A stretch of DNA of 64,000 nt from Spirulina sp. (GTDB taxonomy: Bacteria > Cyanobacteriota > Cyanobacteriia > Phormidesmidales > Phormidesmidaceae). The notes beneath the pieces are model-generated. The model worked only from the letters and a program-made list of their open reading frames with translations. It did not search any database and had not been told where the DNA came from. How positions within the stretch are numbered: position 1 is the first letter of the stretch; the number at the start of each line of letters is the position of its first letter. The translations under genes were made by a program, and so were the position numbers. This document shows positions 32,826-45,732 of the stretch, piece by piece. The stretch lies in NCBI GenBank assembly GCA_044070495.1, contig JBIPSI010000024.1, positions 19,840 to 83,839 on the forward strand. The letters run 5' to 3'.

Positions 32826-33611
32826 TTACCCAGGATACTGCCTCGACCGCACCTCCTCACAGAACTGCTGGGCGGCCTCAATAGCCTGCTGCCGCAGGTT
32901 GGCGTAGGCCTTGGCGAAGGGCGGTTGCCAGGGGGAAAGGCCCAGCACATCGGCGGTGACGAGCACTTGCCCAGTACAGTGGGGGCCAGCGCCAATGCCA
33001 ATGGTAGGAATGGTGAGGGTGTCGCTGATGCGTTGGGCTAGGTCGGCGGGGATGTGCTCTAGCACCAAGGAAAAGGCTCCGGCCTGCTCTAGGGCTTTAG
33101 CTTCAGCGAGAATGCGGTCGGCTTCGGCTGCGGTTTTGCCCTGTTTACGAAAGCCGCCAAACTGATTCACCGACTGCGGCGTTAGTCCCACATGGGCCAT
33201 GACCGGAATGCCCCACTGCACCAAACTGTGCACCCGTTCCACCACCGCTGGATGGCCCCCTTCAATTTTGACCGCTTGGGCGGCGGATTCTTTTAAAATG
33301 CGTCCCGCCGAGCGAATCGTTTCTTCCAGGCTGGGCTGGTAGCTGAGGAAGGGTAAGTCCACCACTAGTAGCGCCCTTTGGACTCCCCGCCGTGCCGCCT
33401 TGGCGCAGATCAGCATATCCTCCAGAGTCAGGGGTAACGTCGTGTCGTAGCCCAGGGCCACCATGGCGAGGGAGTCGCCCACCAGCACCATATCCGCCCC
33501 AGCCTGGTCGGCAATGTGGCCTGAGGTCACATCCCAAGCCGTTAGCACCACCAGGGGCGAGGCTCCCTGCCGCTGCTTCCAGGTTGCCACTTGAGAAACA
33601 CTCACTGCCAT
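32826..33611 (-). CDS. panB: 3-methyl-2-oxobutanoate hydroxymethyltransferase
   Basis: [28 protein letters not shown] and TIGIGAG motifs. Confidence 0.96.
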   Translation of the reverse strand: MAVSVSQVATWKQRQGASPLVVLTAWDVTSGHIADQAGADMVLVGDSLAMVALGYDTTLPLTLEDMLICAKAARRGVQRALLVVDLPFLSYQPSLEETIRSAGRILKESAAQAVKIEGGHPAVVERVHSLVQWGIPVMAHVGLTPQSVNQFGGFRKQGKTAAEADRILAEAKALEQAGAFSLVLEHIPADLAQRISDTLTIPTIGIGAGPHCTGQVLVTADVLGLSPWQPPFAKAYANLRQQAIEAAQQFCEEVRSRQYPG

Positions 33612-33833
33612 CGTTGCCGCCTCAGAACGTTCATACTGTCATTGCATCCCCCCAAATTATCCCTGGCCACGGGGTCGCCCGGAGATGATTCGTCGTTATT
33701 CCCACCCAGGCAGAAATCCAGGGAATTGAACGCTCACTTATACTAAATCGTGATTGATGCCCCCCGTTTGGCAGGGCAGCGAGATCCTGCCCCTGCCGTC
33801 AACCCTACCTTGCCGCCCTGCTCCTGGTTGCCC

Positions 33834-35105
33834 ATGACCCCTGTGCCGCCCAACCCTACCTCTGCCGGTGGAGCCAGCCCCGCCCAACCCGCCGCCCCGC
33901 CTTCGACAGCTCCCGACCCAGCGTCACCGCCGCTCTCGCCTGCCAACTCGCCTAGCCTAGGTGAGGAGCCGCTTTCCGTTAGCGACCCCACCATCGCGCC
34001 AGTTAGTTTCTTAGCATCCGCCAATGCGGTGACCCTGGTGGCGGTGGCGGTCATTTTTATGGGGTTGATTGTCGATAGCGTATGGTTGATTTTGGCGGGT
34101 TCCCTGGTGGCTACGGTGGTTTCGCTGCGGTTGATGTGGCCTGTCTTTGCGGAAATTCTGGCGGAGCTTTCCCCCCGGCAGCAGTCCCTCGTCATTTCTA
34201 TCCCCAGCGTGCTGATTGGCCTGTTTGGGCTGATGCGAATTACCGGAATTAACCGCGCCATCCTCACCTGGGGGCTGACCTTGCGCTGGGATGTGCTGGG
34301 GGCACTGGGGGATTTTTTGGGGGCGATTGGCCAGATTTTCATTGCCTTTTTGGCCCTGTTTGTGGCTTGGCGGCAGTACGTCATTTCCCGCGATTTGACC
34401 CTACAGCAAAACCTGATTACCCAGCAGCAAACCATCGATGCCTACTTCCAGGGCATTTCTGACCTAGTGCTGGATGACGAAGGCTTGCTGGAGGACTGGC
34501 CCCAGGAGCGCATCATTGCCGAGGCTCGCACCGCCGCCATTCTCAGCAGCGTCGATGCCGGGGGCAAAGCCAAGGTGATTCGCTTCCTCTCCCGTTCTCG
34601 ACTGCTGACGCCCCTCAAGCGCGATAACCGTTTGGGGCGGGCCATTCTTGACGGGCGGGGCGGCTACGAAGAAGACCGTCCCCAGGGCACCCGCGTCATT
34701 GACTTGGGGGCGATGCTGGCCATGGCGGATTTGCACGGCACCGACCTGCGCTGGGCCGACCTCAGTGAGGCCAACCTAATTCGCGCCAACCTGCAAGGGT
34801 GTGACCTGGTGAAAACCAACTTTTCCCGCGCCATCCTCTGCGATGCCGACCTCTCTGGGGCCGATCTGATGGGCACGGTCTTGTTCTACGGCGATGTCAA
34901 AACCGCCACCCCCCGCACTCGCACCGGAATGGCTGACTATGCCACCGGGGCCAACACCGGGGCCGTGGTGGAAGGGATCAATCTCACGAACGTTGAACGC
35001 CTTTCCGAGGAACAGCGCTGGTATTGCTGCGCCTGGGGTGGTTCGCTCACCCGCGCCACAGTGCCGGGGGGCTGCGGAGATATTCCGAACCTATTGGGCC
35101 GTTAG
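33834..35105 (+). CDS. Membrane-anchored pentapeptide-repeat protein
   Basis: N-terminal TM helices followed by ADLHG/TDLRW/ADLSE/ANLIR/ANLQG repeats. Confidence 0.88.
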   Translation: MTPVPPNPTSAGGASPAQPAAPPSTAPDPASPPLSPANSPSLGEEPLSVSDPTIAPVSFLASANAVTLVAVAVIFMGLIVDSVWLILAGSLVATVVSLRLMWPVFAEILAELSPRQQSLVISIPSVLIGLFGLMRITGINRAILTWGLTLRWDVLGALGDFLGAIGQIFIAFLALFVAWRQYVISRDLTLQQNLITQQQTIDAYFQGISDLVLDDEGLLEDWPQERIIAEARTAAILSSVDAGGKAKVIRFLSRSRLLTPLKRDNRLGRAILDGRGGYEEDRPQGTRVIDLGAMLAMADLHGTDLRWADLSEANLIRANLQGCDLVKTNFSRAILCDADLSGADLMGTVLFYGDVKTATPRTRTGMADYATGANTGAVVEGINLTNVERLSEEQRWYCCAWGGSLTRATVPGGCGDIPNLLGR

Positions 35106-35231
35106 TTAAAACCCGTTGACAACGGTCAATATCGCCACGCTCAGGCCACCGATCTAGAATTGCTCATCTAGAATTGCTCACCTAAAATGGAGCGACGTAC
35201 AATTGAGTCGCACCGTCGATGGAGGCTAGCG

Positions 35232-35795
35232 ATGGTACAGACCCCCACAAAATTCCTGACCCTAGAGGAATTTTTGCACCAGCCTGAAACCGAACCCGCC
35301 AGCGAATATATCGATGGCCTTGTCCTGCAAAAGCCCATGCCCCAGGGAGAACACAGCGCCATTCAAACCGAGTTAGCTCCCGCCATTAATCAGGTGGTGA
35401 AGCCTCCCCAGGTTGCACGGGCCTTTACCGAACTGCGTTGTACCTTTGGTGGGCGTTCCATTGTTCCAGATATCAGTGTGTTCCAGTGGCCGCGCATTCC
35501 CCGCCGAGACAATGGCAGCATCGAGAACGTCTTTGCCCTCGCCCCCGATTGGATGATCGAAATTCTATCGCCCGACCAAAGCCAAACAAGGGTGACCAAA
35601 AATATTCTGCATAGCCTCGATCACGGCACCCAAATGGGTTGGCTGATCGATCCATCCGAGCGATCCGTTTTCGTCTACTGGCCCGATCAAGCCACCTTGG
35701 TTTACGACCAACCCCAGGCCGAGCTTCCCGTCCCGGCCTTTGCTCAGGGCTTTACCCTATCCGTAGAACGGCTGTTCAGTTGGCTGTTGGCATAA
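35232..35795 (+). CDS. Uma2-family endonuclease-like protein
   Basis: LTLEEFL, SEYIDG, KPMPQGEHS, VPDI and PDWMIEILSP motifs; GGAGG RBS. Confidence 0.9.
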   Translation: MVQTPTKFLTLEEFLHQPETEPASEYIDGLVLQKPMPQGEHSAIQTELAPAINQVVKPPQVARAFTELRCTFGGRSIVPDISVFQWPRIPRRDNGSIENVFALAPDWMIEILSPDQSQTRVTKNILHSLDHGTQMGWLIDPSERSVFVYWPDQATLVYDQPQAELPVPAFAQGFTLSVERLFSWLLA

Positions 35796-35800
35796 CCCGC

Positions 35801-35947
35801 CTATCGCTTGCGCCAGGGCCAGCGGGTGCCCATTTCCGTTGCGGCTGACCAAAACAAATACAGCACAAACAAGACAATACCTATTAGGAAAGGAACGATA
35901 TCGTCAGGCATAATCCGACCAGGCATGGACATGGATACAGCATTCAT
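35801..35947 (-). CDS. Small single-TM protein (48 aa, or 36 aa from the internal Met)
   Basis: Manual translation MNAVSMSMPGRIMPDDIVPFLIGIVLFVLYLFWSAATEMGTRWPWRKR; converges on the Uma2 stop. Confidence 0.65.
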   Translation of the reverse strand: MNAVSMSMPGRIMPDDIVPFLIGIVLFVLYLFWSAATEMGTRWPWRKR

Positions 35948-36151
35948 GATGGTATTTGTTTCAACGACACAATTCTTTGAATTTCAATCTTGGATTGCTA
36001 TTTTGGAATCTTTATCTATATGGGCCTCAATTTCCTAATAAGTGACTGAATTGATTTAGTCAATTTCCTTAGGATCTTAAAGATACTTAGCAAATGTTTT
36101 AGGTCGGAGTTATCTTTTCACGAAAACTATAATGAATTCCTTAAAACTTAA

Positions 36152-38401
<2,250 letters not shown>

Positions 38402-38430
38402 CTCCCATAGCCAAGCCCTTACAGCAAAAA

Positions 38431-38564
38431 AGCTGGTTGACTGGCAGAACTTGTCTGCACCCAGATTCGTCAAAGGGTCAGGAGACCTGACCCCTACATG
38501 ATCCGAATGCGGTAGGGGCGCGGTAACCGCGTCCGGCGCAGAATCCTTTGTCAGTCAACTAGCT
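38431..38564. repeat. TIR-bounded miniature element containing two GTAG-type REP-like hairpins
   Basis: Ends agctggttgactggcaga and tttgtcagtcaactagct; inner gggtcaggagacctgacccctac and gtaggggcgcggtaaccgcgtcc. Confidence 0.7.
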
Positions 38565-38574
38565 CGAAAACAAT

Positions 38575-39246
38575 CTACGATTCTGGTGAGCCTGTATTGG
38601 GAGTAGCGACGGGCTGGCCAATGCGGGGTTCTGTACCCGCCAAAAGCCGCTGAATATTGCCCCGGTGGCGCAGAATCACATAGCCACCGCCCACCAAGGA
38701 CAACAGGGTATAGGCCAAGGGTTGGCCGGTGACCACCATCAGAATCACCGCCGCCACCGCCGCCAGCATGGAACCCAAAGACACTATGCGACTGATGCCC
38801 AGGGTGAGGCCAAAGACCCCCAACGCACCTAGGGCCACGGGCCACGCCATCGCTAGCAGCACGCCTAGCCCCGACGCCACGGACTTTCCGCCCGTAAAGC
38901 CCAGCCACACCGAGCGGCTGTGGCCCAGAAGCGCCATTAATCCCGCCAGCATATCCACCCAGGGTTGGGCCAGAACCCAGCCATCCCCGCCAAGACGGGC
39001 TAGAAGCACCGGAAAGAGCCACTGGGCCAGCCACACGGCGACACTGCCCTTCAGCAAATCCACCACAAACACCGCCAGGGCAGGGCCTTTGCCCACGGTA
39101 CGCAGCACATTGGTAGCCCCGGTGCCGCCGGAACCATAGTCGCGGATGTCCATGCCCTTCAGGGCTTTGACCAGGAGATAGCCCGTGGGGAAGGATCCCA
39201 ACAAATAGGCAAGTCCTAAAATGCCGACCAGTGCCATGATTGCCAA
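38575..39246 (-). CDS. plsY: Glycerol-3-phosphate acyltransferase PlsY
   Basis: YLLGSFPTG, GSGGTGATNVLR, GGKSVASGLG and RHRGNIQRL motifs. Confidence 0.95.
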   Translation of the reverse strand: MAIMALVGILGLAYLLGSFPTGYLLVKALKGMDIRDYGSGGTGATNVLRTVGKGPALAVFVVDLLKGSVAVWLAQWLFPVLLARLGGDGWVLAQPWVDMLAGLMALLGHSRSVWLGFTGGKSVASGLGVLLAMAWPVALGALGVFGLTLGISRIVSLGSMLAAVAAVILMVVTGQPLAYTLLSLVGGGYVILRHRGNIQRLLAGTEPRIGQPVATPNTGSPES

Positions 39247-39373
39247 TGCCCTCAGCCCTCAAACCGCTCATCAGTAACAGTTTAGGGCGAAAGGTAGGGC
39301 TTAGGTCGGGGTTTTACAAAAGGGCTGTTTGGGGGATGGCGGGATGGCGGGATAGTGGGATGGGGGGATAGGG

Positions 39374-40069
39374 TTAGAGTAGGGCAGGGGCGGAACGTAG
39401 GGCGTCGAGGTCAATCTGTTGCAGTTGGGCGTAGGCGTTGTCGATGGTGCGTTGGCCGCGCAAAAATCCGGTGTTGGCGGCGGGGCAGAGGTGGGCTAGG
39501 GTGTCTGGGCTAAAGCGGGTTTTGAGGGCTTCGACTTGGCGCAGGTGGCGGGGCCAATGGAAGGTTTTGGAAAAGCGCAGGGGTTCGGGTTGGCCCTGGC
39601 GGTTGGGCAGCAGGTGCCGTCCGGTGAAGAGTACGCCGCCGTAGCGTTCGCAATACACACAGGCGGAACCGGGGGAGTACCCAGGCGTCCACAGGGCTTC
39701 AATTTGGGGGGCAAACCTAAAGTTTTGTTGAAAAACGGTTTTGGGATGGTCGGGCAGTAGATAGGCTTCCTGCTCTTGGATGACCACCTCACAACCGAGG
39801 TGTTTTTGCAGGGCCGCTGCTTTGCCGATGGCCGTTCTGTGGGTAATCACCAGCCACCGTACGCCGCCCTGTTCGGCCAGAAATTGCCGAGTCGTTTCAT
39901 CCCACGGCGGGGTATCGATTAGGAGATTTTGCGGAGATCCCTCGGAGTCGTTATCTACAATAAAGTAGGCGGTTCCTCCCAAGGTGTCTCGGTTGGGCGC
40001 GAAGGCGTAGATGGTTTCAAAGACGGGACGCGGCGGTTTAGAAGCCGTAGATGACGGGGAGAAAGCCAT
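39374..40069 (-). CDS. MBL-fold metallo-hydrolase-like protein
   Basis: FAPNRDTLGGTAY, WLVITHR, WTPGYSPGS and LFTGRHL motifs. Confidence 0.8.
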   Translation of the reverse strand: MAFSPSSTASKPPRPVFETIYAFAPNRDTLGGTAYFIVDNDSEGSPQNLLIDTPPWDETTRQFLAEQGGVRWLVITHRTAIGKAAALQKHLGCEVVIQEQEAYLLPDHPKTVFQQNFRFAPQIEALWTPGYSPGSACVYCERYGGVLFTGRHLLPNRQGQPEPLRFSKTFHWPRHLRQVEALKTRFSPDTLAHLCPAANTGFLRGQRTIDNAYAQLQQIDLDALRSAPALL

Positions 40070-40353
40070 AGGACGCGATAGGATTTGACTCGGTGGCGGT
40101 GGTTAGGAACCGCAGGATATCGGTAATGGCGGTATCCAAATAGCGGCGGCAGGGGTGATGTCAGGATGCTGATCTTAGCGGTTGTTGAACCCCTTTTCCA
40201 AATCCTAGCTTGGCTTTACGGCCCGATGCCCCTAGGCCATCTGCCTCTCATCTGGCAGTTCTCGATCAGTCACGTTTCAATCAGTCAGTTCCCGATAGAT
40301 CAGTTGCCCCTACTGCGAACGGGTTGCCCCCTACTGTGAATGGTTAATTGTCC

Positions 40354-41859
40354 ATGCTTGTGTTTTGGGTTTTGTTGCTGCTGCTGGGTCTGTTCACCTT
40401 TGCCACGGTTCAGCAAAGTGTGGGAGCCATCACTCGCACCCCCGTTTGGCTGCTGTGGCTGGTGATGATGATGCCCGCTCTGGTGTTGGCGGGTTGGGCG
40501 TTGGTTCAAGGCCCAGAAAAGCCGCTGCCCCTAGGGGTGTTGTTGGGGCTGTTTCTACTGTGCCCCCTGCTGTATTGGGGGTTGGTGCAGTGGGGCCGCA
40601 AACCTTCGGTACCTGGGTCTCCTACCGCCGCCACTACGGCCCAATCTTCGGCTGAATCCCCGCCAGAGTCTACACCCCCCGCCGTCACGCCGCCCAAGCC
40701 CCCCCTACGCCCCATCGACAAGGAGGAAGAAACCGCCCTGCAAGGTTGTTTTCCCTGGTCGGTCTATTATCTGCAAAACATCGAATATCTGCCCCAGGCG
40801 ATGATCTGCCGAGGGCAACTGCGCACCTCCCCCACAGAAGCCTACGAAACGGTGAAGGAGAATGTGCGGCGGCAGTTTGGCGACCGCTTTTTGGTGATTT
40901 TCCAGGAGGGAATGCAGGGAAAACCTGTTTTTGCCCTGGTGCCCAATCCCCAAGCCCAGGCCCAGGCCCAAGAAAAATCTAAAGCCCTGACCCGACCGGG
41001 CCTTGCCCTAGGGCTGTTGATCATTACCTTGCTAACCACTACCTCCGCCGGGGCCAGGCTTATGGGCCTCACCGAAGCCCAGCGACAGGCCGATCCCAGT
41101 CTGATTTGGCAAGGATTACCCTACGCCCTCGCCCTGATGGTGATCCTGGGTTGCCACGAGATGGGTCATTACCTCACCGCCCGCCGCTACCGGATGGACG
41201 CCACCCTGCCCTACTTCATTCCTTTTCCCTTGTTCCTGGGCACCTTTGGGGCGTTCATTCAATTGCGTTCTCCGGTGCCCCATCGACGAGCCTTGTTTGA
41301 TGTGGGCATTGCTGGCCCCTTGGCGGGCTTGGTGGTCACCCTACCGCTGCTGATCTGGGGCTTAACCCAGTCCACCGTCGTTCCCATCCCCGAAAGCGGA
41401 TCTAGCCTGCTCAGCTTTGAGGCCATCAATCCCACGGCCTCGGTGATGCTGGCCCTGTTAATTAAGCTGACCCTGGGTGCCCAGGTGGGCCTAGAACAGG
41501 CGGTTTATCTGCACCCCGTTGCGATTGCAGGCTGTCTGGGGCTGGTGGTAACGGCCCTCAACCTCATGCCCGTGGGCCAACTGGATGGTGGTCATATCGT
41601 CCATGCCATGTATGGCCAACGCGCCGGGGCGATTATCGGCCAAGTGGCGCGGCTGCTGGTGTTGATGCTGGCCTTTGTCCATTCTGAACTGCTGATCTGG
41701 GCAATTCTGCTGTTCTTTATTCCAGCGGTCGATCAACCCGCCCTCAACGACATCAGCGAGCTCGACAGCCGCCGCGACCTCCTCGGACTGCTGGCCCTGG
41801 CCCTGCTGGTGTTGATCGTGCTGCCCCTGCCTGGGCCCTTTGCCCGCCTACTGTTCTAG
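40354..41859 (+). CDS. Site-2 protease family (M50) membrane metalloprotease
   Basis: HEMGH, GTFGAFI, AGPLAG and NLMPVGQLDGGH motifs. Confidence 0.93.
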   Translation: MLVFWVLLLLLGLFTFATVQQSVGAITRTPVWLLWLVMMMPALVLAGWALVQGPEKPLPLGVLLGLFLLCPLLYWGLVQWGRKPSVPGSPTAATTAQSSAESPPESTPPAVTPPKPPLRPIDKEEETALQGCFPWSVYYLQNIEYLPQAMICRGQLRTSPTEAYETVKENVRRQFGDRFLVIFQEGMQGKPVFALVPNPQAQAQAQEKSKALTRPGLALGLLIITLLTTTSAGARLMGLTEAQRQADPSLIWQGLPYALALMVILGCHEMGHYLTARRYRMDATLPYFIPFPLFLGTFGAFIQLRSPVPHRRALFDVGIAGPLAGLVVTLPLLIWGLTQSTVVPIPESGSSLLSFEAINPTASVMLALLIKLTLGAQVGLEQAVYLHPVAIAGCLGLVVTALNLMPVGQLDGGHIVHAMYGQRAGAIIGQVARLLVLMLAFVHSELLIWAILLFFIPAVDQPALNDISELDSRRDLLGLLALALLVLIVLPLPGPFARLLF

Positions 41860-42035
41860 GCTTTCTAAGCTGATCCCTGCCTCCAACGGCCACCCGTGAG
41901 ATTTCGTCTGTTAAAGGCCACGGCGGATTCCATACCCTTCACCCCTGTGGCCTTTTCTCCAAGGCAGTGCAGATTCGGTAAAGCTCGCTATACTGGGCGG
42001 CGATATCGTTGCAGACCGTGGTGTCAGGAGCCGTA

Positions 42036-42500
42036 ATGAGCCAAGACCTTACCCAGTGGATCGCCGAGGTGCGTACCCTCCAGCGCCAATTGGCCGATAC
42101 TCGCCACGAGTGTGACCAAGCCCATAACAGTGCCGCCAACTGGCGACGGCTCTACGAAAACGAAGCCCGCCAGCGCCGCCAAGAGGCCGAACAACACCAG
42201 GTCCAAATGGCAGACATGGCCCAGCGCCTTCTAGAACAGGCGCAAGCTCACCGTGAGGCCCAAACCTTAGTTGAGGGTCTTGGACAGGCGAATTCCCTCA
42301 CCGACCTGCAAACTCAGCTTACGGCTCTAGTGCAGCGCTGCCAGCGGCTCACGGAATCCCTGGAGGCCGAGCGCCGCGCCCATGCCCACACCCGGCAATC
42401 CTTGACGGCAGCCCTCGGCGATACCTTTGACAGGCTGAAACTAGATCGCACCCTAGCCGTGCAGACTTCCTCCGGTGCGGCTCATCGGTCATCCCATTGA
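42036..42500 (+). CDS. Coiled-coil hypothetical protein
   Basis: AGGAG RBS; SAANWRRLYENEARQRR and LTAALGDT motifs. Confidence 0.75.
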   Translation: MSQDLTQWIAEVRTLQRQLADTRHECDQAHNSAANWRRLYENEARQRRQEAEQHQVQMADMAQRLLEQAQAHREAQTLVEGLGQANSLTDLQTQLTALVQRCQRLTESLEAERRAHAHTRQSLTAALGDTFDRLKLDRTLAVQTSSGAAHRSSH

Positions 42501-42720
42501 CCTCACACCACCGAGGCCAGTGAACAGGCTTCAGTGACGTCTCGTTAACTGAAGCAACCTGTTCTCTGGATCAACAACAGGCCTCGGCAGGATCCCCCGC
42601 CGAGGCTCCGTCCTGGAGCCTTGTCCAGCGGAGAAAACTGGCACAGTGGGTTCAATATACTACTCTTAGGTTATATAATAAAGTCTTAATCTTTAGCCTT
42701 GACTCACCCTGCGTCTCTCT

Positions 42721-43134
42721 ATGGTTTCTTCCTCCCCTGCCCACACCTCGGCTGTCTCCAGTCCCCCGGCGAGTGATTGTCGTTTCATGCAGCTTCCGCC
42801 GGAAACCCTGCACCTTGTGGCAGACTTCTTCAAAGTCTTGTCTGAAGCCAGCCGACTGCAAATTATGTGTGCGCTGAAGGCTGGCCCCAAAAATGTGTCA
42901 GAGATTATTGAGGTCACAGGGCTAGGGCAGGCCAATGTCTCTAAGCACCTTAAAATTCTGGCCCAGGCGGGTGTGGTGACCCGACAGCAGCAGGGCGTTT
43001 GTGTGTACTATCAAATCGCCAACGCCTTTGTCTTCGATCTTTGCGAACTGGTGTGCGATTCCCTGTCGGTTCAGGTGCAGCGGCAGTCCGAAAAAATTGC
43101 GGGTCTAGAGGTTTTCCGCCAACCCCTGGCGTAA
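42721..43134 (+). CDS. ArsR/SmtB-family regulator
   Basis: FKVLSEASRLQI, GLGQANVSKHLKIL and LCELVC motifs. Confidence 0.9.
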   Translation: MVSSSPAHTSAVSSPPASDCRFMQLPPETLHLVADFFKVLSEASRLQIMCALKAGPKNVSEIIEVTGLGQANVSKHLKILAQAGVVTRQQQGVCVYYQIANAFVFDLCELVCDSLSVQVQRQSEKIAGLEVFRQPLA

Positions 43135-43320
43135 TGACCGGCTAGATTGGCGACCTGTCAGTCAATCGCCAATCCTAGATCTAATCCCTTTAGAACAACC
43201 ATCTGAGCGCTCGCCGTAGCGGGTAGGATGATTGCTCTGCGGCATTTTATATGAAATCCGAATCAGAAACCCCCAATACCCAACCTGACAAACGATAGGG
43301 GCGATGGAGGGGGCAGACGC

Positions 43321-44541
43321 CTACTGCACCACGTCCATGATTTTGAACATGGGCAGGTACATGGAGACCAGAATTGACCCCACCATCCCCCCTAGCACCA
43401 CAATCATGATCGGCTCCATAATGCTGGTGAGGGACTTTACGGCCTGCTCTACTTCATCCTCATAGAAGTCGGCCACCTTCATCAACATGCCGTCTAGTTC
43501 CCCGGTTTCTTCGCCAATGCTAATCATCTGAATGGCCATGGTGGGGAAAACGCCATATTTTTGTAGGGCGATGCTAATCATGCCGCCCGTTTGCACATCC
43601 TTGCGGGCCTCGTCTACGGCCTCGGAAATAATTTGGTTGCCTGCGGTGTCACGAACGATTTCTAGGGAAGTCAGAATCGGTACACCCGCTTTGGAGAGAG
43701 AACCAAAGGTGCGGCAGAAACGGGCGGTGGCGGTTTTTTGAATCAGGTCGCCAAACAGGGGCATTTTGAGGGCAAGGCGGTCGATGGTGCGACGACCGTT
43801 GAGGGTGGCATAGTAGCGCTTAAAGGCAAAGCTAGAGGAAAAGCCAATCGCAATCATCAGCACCCAGTTTAGGGGTTTGCGTAAAAAGGCACTGATGAGC
43901 AGCATCATCTGGGTAAAGACAGGTAGTTCCGCATCCATTTGCTCGAACATGTCGGCAAAGATGGGCAGCAGGAACATAGTCATGGCCACAAAGATGGTGA
44001 CGGCCAAAATGCCCACCACTACCGGATAGGTCATGGCGGATTTAATCTGGTTCTGCAAGCGGTTAAGGTCTTCCAGCAGCTTAGCCAGACGGTTCAGTAC
44101 TTCGTCCAGCACACCACCGACTTCCCCTGCCTGCACTAGGGCTACATAGAGGTTGTCAAAGCAGGCGGGGTGCTTGCGCATGGCGTCCGATAGGTTGGTG
44201 CCCTGCTGTACGTCGGCGTTGATCGCCAGTAGCGCCTGCTTGAGTTTGGGGTTGGTGCAGTCGTCGGCCAGCACCCCCAGGCCTCGCACCAGGGCTACCC
44301 CGGCATTCACTAGGGCCGCAAACTGACGGGAGAAAATCGCCTTGTCTTTGACCGTCACCTTGGTCATCGACGTGGAGATGGACTCCAGGCTGAAGTTGAA
44401 GCCCTTTTCCTCCTTAATGTCTAGGACAAACAGGCCCTGATCCTTCAGCAGGATGCGGGCATCGTTGGGGGTTTCGGCGGAAATCCGTTCTTTCCGCTGG
44501 CTTCCGGAGGCATCGCGACCAATGGCAACGTAGGTAGGCAT
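43321..44541 (-). CDS. pilC: Type IV pilus platform protein PilC
   Basis: FSRQFAALVNAGV, AGEVGG, IKSAMTYP and GEETGELD motifs. Confidence 0.95.
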   Translation of the reverse strand: MPTYVAIGRDASGSQRKERISAETPNDARILLKDQGLFVLDIKEEKGFNFSLESISTSMTKVTVKDKAIFSRQFAALVNAGVALVRGLGVLADDCTNPKLKQALLAINADVQQGTNLSDAMRKHPACFDNLYVALVQAGEVGGVLDEVLNRLAKLLEDLNRLQNQIKSAMTYPVVVGILAVTIFVAMTMFLLPIFADMFEQMDAELPVFTQMMLLISAFLRKPLNWVLMIAIGFSSSFAFKRYYATLNGRRTIDRLALKMPLFGDLIQKTATARFCRTFGSLSKAGVPILTSLEIVRDTAGNQIISEAVDEARKDVQTGGMISIALQKYGVFPTMAIQMISIGEETGELDGMLMKVADFYEDEVEQAVKSLTSIMEPIMIVVLGGMVGSILVSMYLPMFKIMDVVQ

Positions 44542-44628
44542 GGCTCAAGGGCTCAAGGAGGTTGAGGAAATTATAGCGAGGGATTCAGGATGCAGACCCA
44601 GGCGTGATCGGCATCCTGGTCTGGAGCG

Positions 44629-45732
44629 TTAGCGCCGACCGGCCCCGGCGGCGGCAGGGGCCGGCCCCAGCAGACGCTGGAGTTCGTCGGGCTTGGAGGT
44701 CTTGGACATGGCCGCTTCAAAGGAGATAGTTCCGGCCTTATAGAGGTCTGACAGCACTTTCTCTAGGGTCTGCATCCCCACTTTGCCCCCGGTTTGGATG
44801 GCCCCGTAGATCTGGGCAGTTTTGCCTTCCCGGATCATGTTGGCGATGGCGGGGGTAATCACCATGATTTCCTGGGCCATCACCCGACCATACTCGCCGG
44901 GTTTGACGTTGGCCTTGGGCACCAGGGTTTGGCTCAGCACCGCCACCAGGGAACCGGAAAGCTGTACCCGCACCTGCTGCTGTTGCTCTGGGGGGAACAC
45001 GTCAATCATGCGGTCTACGGTTTGGGCGGCGGAACTGGTGTGCAGGGTGCCAAACACCAGGTGGCCCGTTTCTGCCGCCGAGATGGCCAGGGAGATGGTT
45101 TCTAGGTCACGCATTTCCCCCACCAGAATTACGTCGGGGTCTTCCCGTAGGGCGGCGCGGAGGGCGTTGGCAAAACTCTTGGTGTCTTCGCCAATTTGGC
45201 GCTGGTGAATCAGGCTTTTAATCGGCTCGTAGACAAACTCAATCGGGTCTTCCACGGTGAGAATGTGCTCAGGCCGGGTGAGGTTAATGTTGTTGATCAT
45301 CGAGGCCAGGGTGGTGGATTTCCCGGAACCCGTTGGCCCCGTCACCAGGATTAAACCACGGGGTTTCTCGGCGAGTTCGTGGACGATGGGGGGCAGCCCC
45401 AATACCTCCATGCTCGGAATTTTGGAGCTAAGGGCCCGTAGACAGGCGGCGTAGGTGCCCCGGTCTTTGTAGACGTTGACCCGGAACCGGGCCAGTCCTT
45501 TCACCCCGTAGGAACAATCCAGCTCCCAGGTTTGCTCCAGTTGCTTCCGCTGGCTATTGTTCAACATGCTGAAGATCAGCCGCTGACAGGACTCTGACGT
45601 CATCGGCTCGTGTTCGGTGGGGGTCAGCTTGCCGCTAATGCGGATGTAGGGAGGCAACCCCGCCGACAGGTGCAGGTCAGACCCCCCTCGCTCAATTACC
45701 TCTTCCATCAAATCTTCAATCATCAATTCCAT
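44629..45732 (-). CDS. pilT: Pilus retraction ATPase PilT
   Basis: GPTGSGKSTT, ALREDPDVILVGEMRD, AIANMIRE and GMQTLE motifs. Confidence 0.96.
   Translation of the reverse strand: MELMIEDLMEEVIERGGSDLHLSAGLPPYIRISGKLTPTEHEPMTSESCQRLIFSMLNNSQRKQLEQTWELDCSYGVKGLARFRVNVYKDRGTYAACLRALSSKIPSMEVLGLPPIVHELAEKPRGLILVTGPTGSGKSTTLASMINNINLTRPEHILTVEDPIEFVYEPIKSLIHQRQIGEDTKSFANALRAALREDPDVILVGEMRDLETISLAISAAETGHLVFGTLHTSSAAQTVDRMIDVFPPEQQQQVRVQLSGSLVAVLSQTLVPKANVKPGEYGRVMAQEIMVITPAIANMIREGKTAQIYGAIQTGGKVGMQTLEKVLSDLYKAGTISFEAAMSKTSKPDELQRLLGPAPAAAGAGRR

Noticed and set aside
35232..35795. Uma2 gene as a defence system
   Set aside because: Uma2 paralogs are abundant solitary genes in cyanobacteria, and no partner genes are adjacent.
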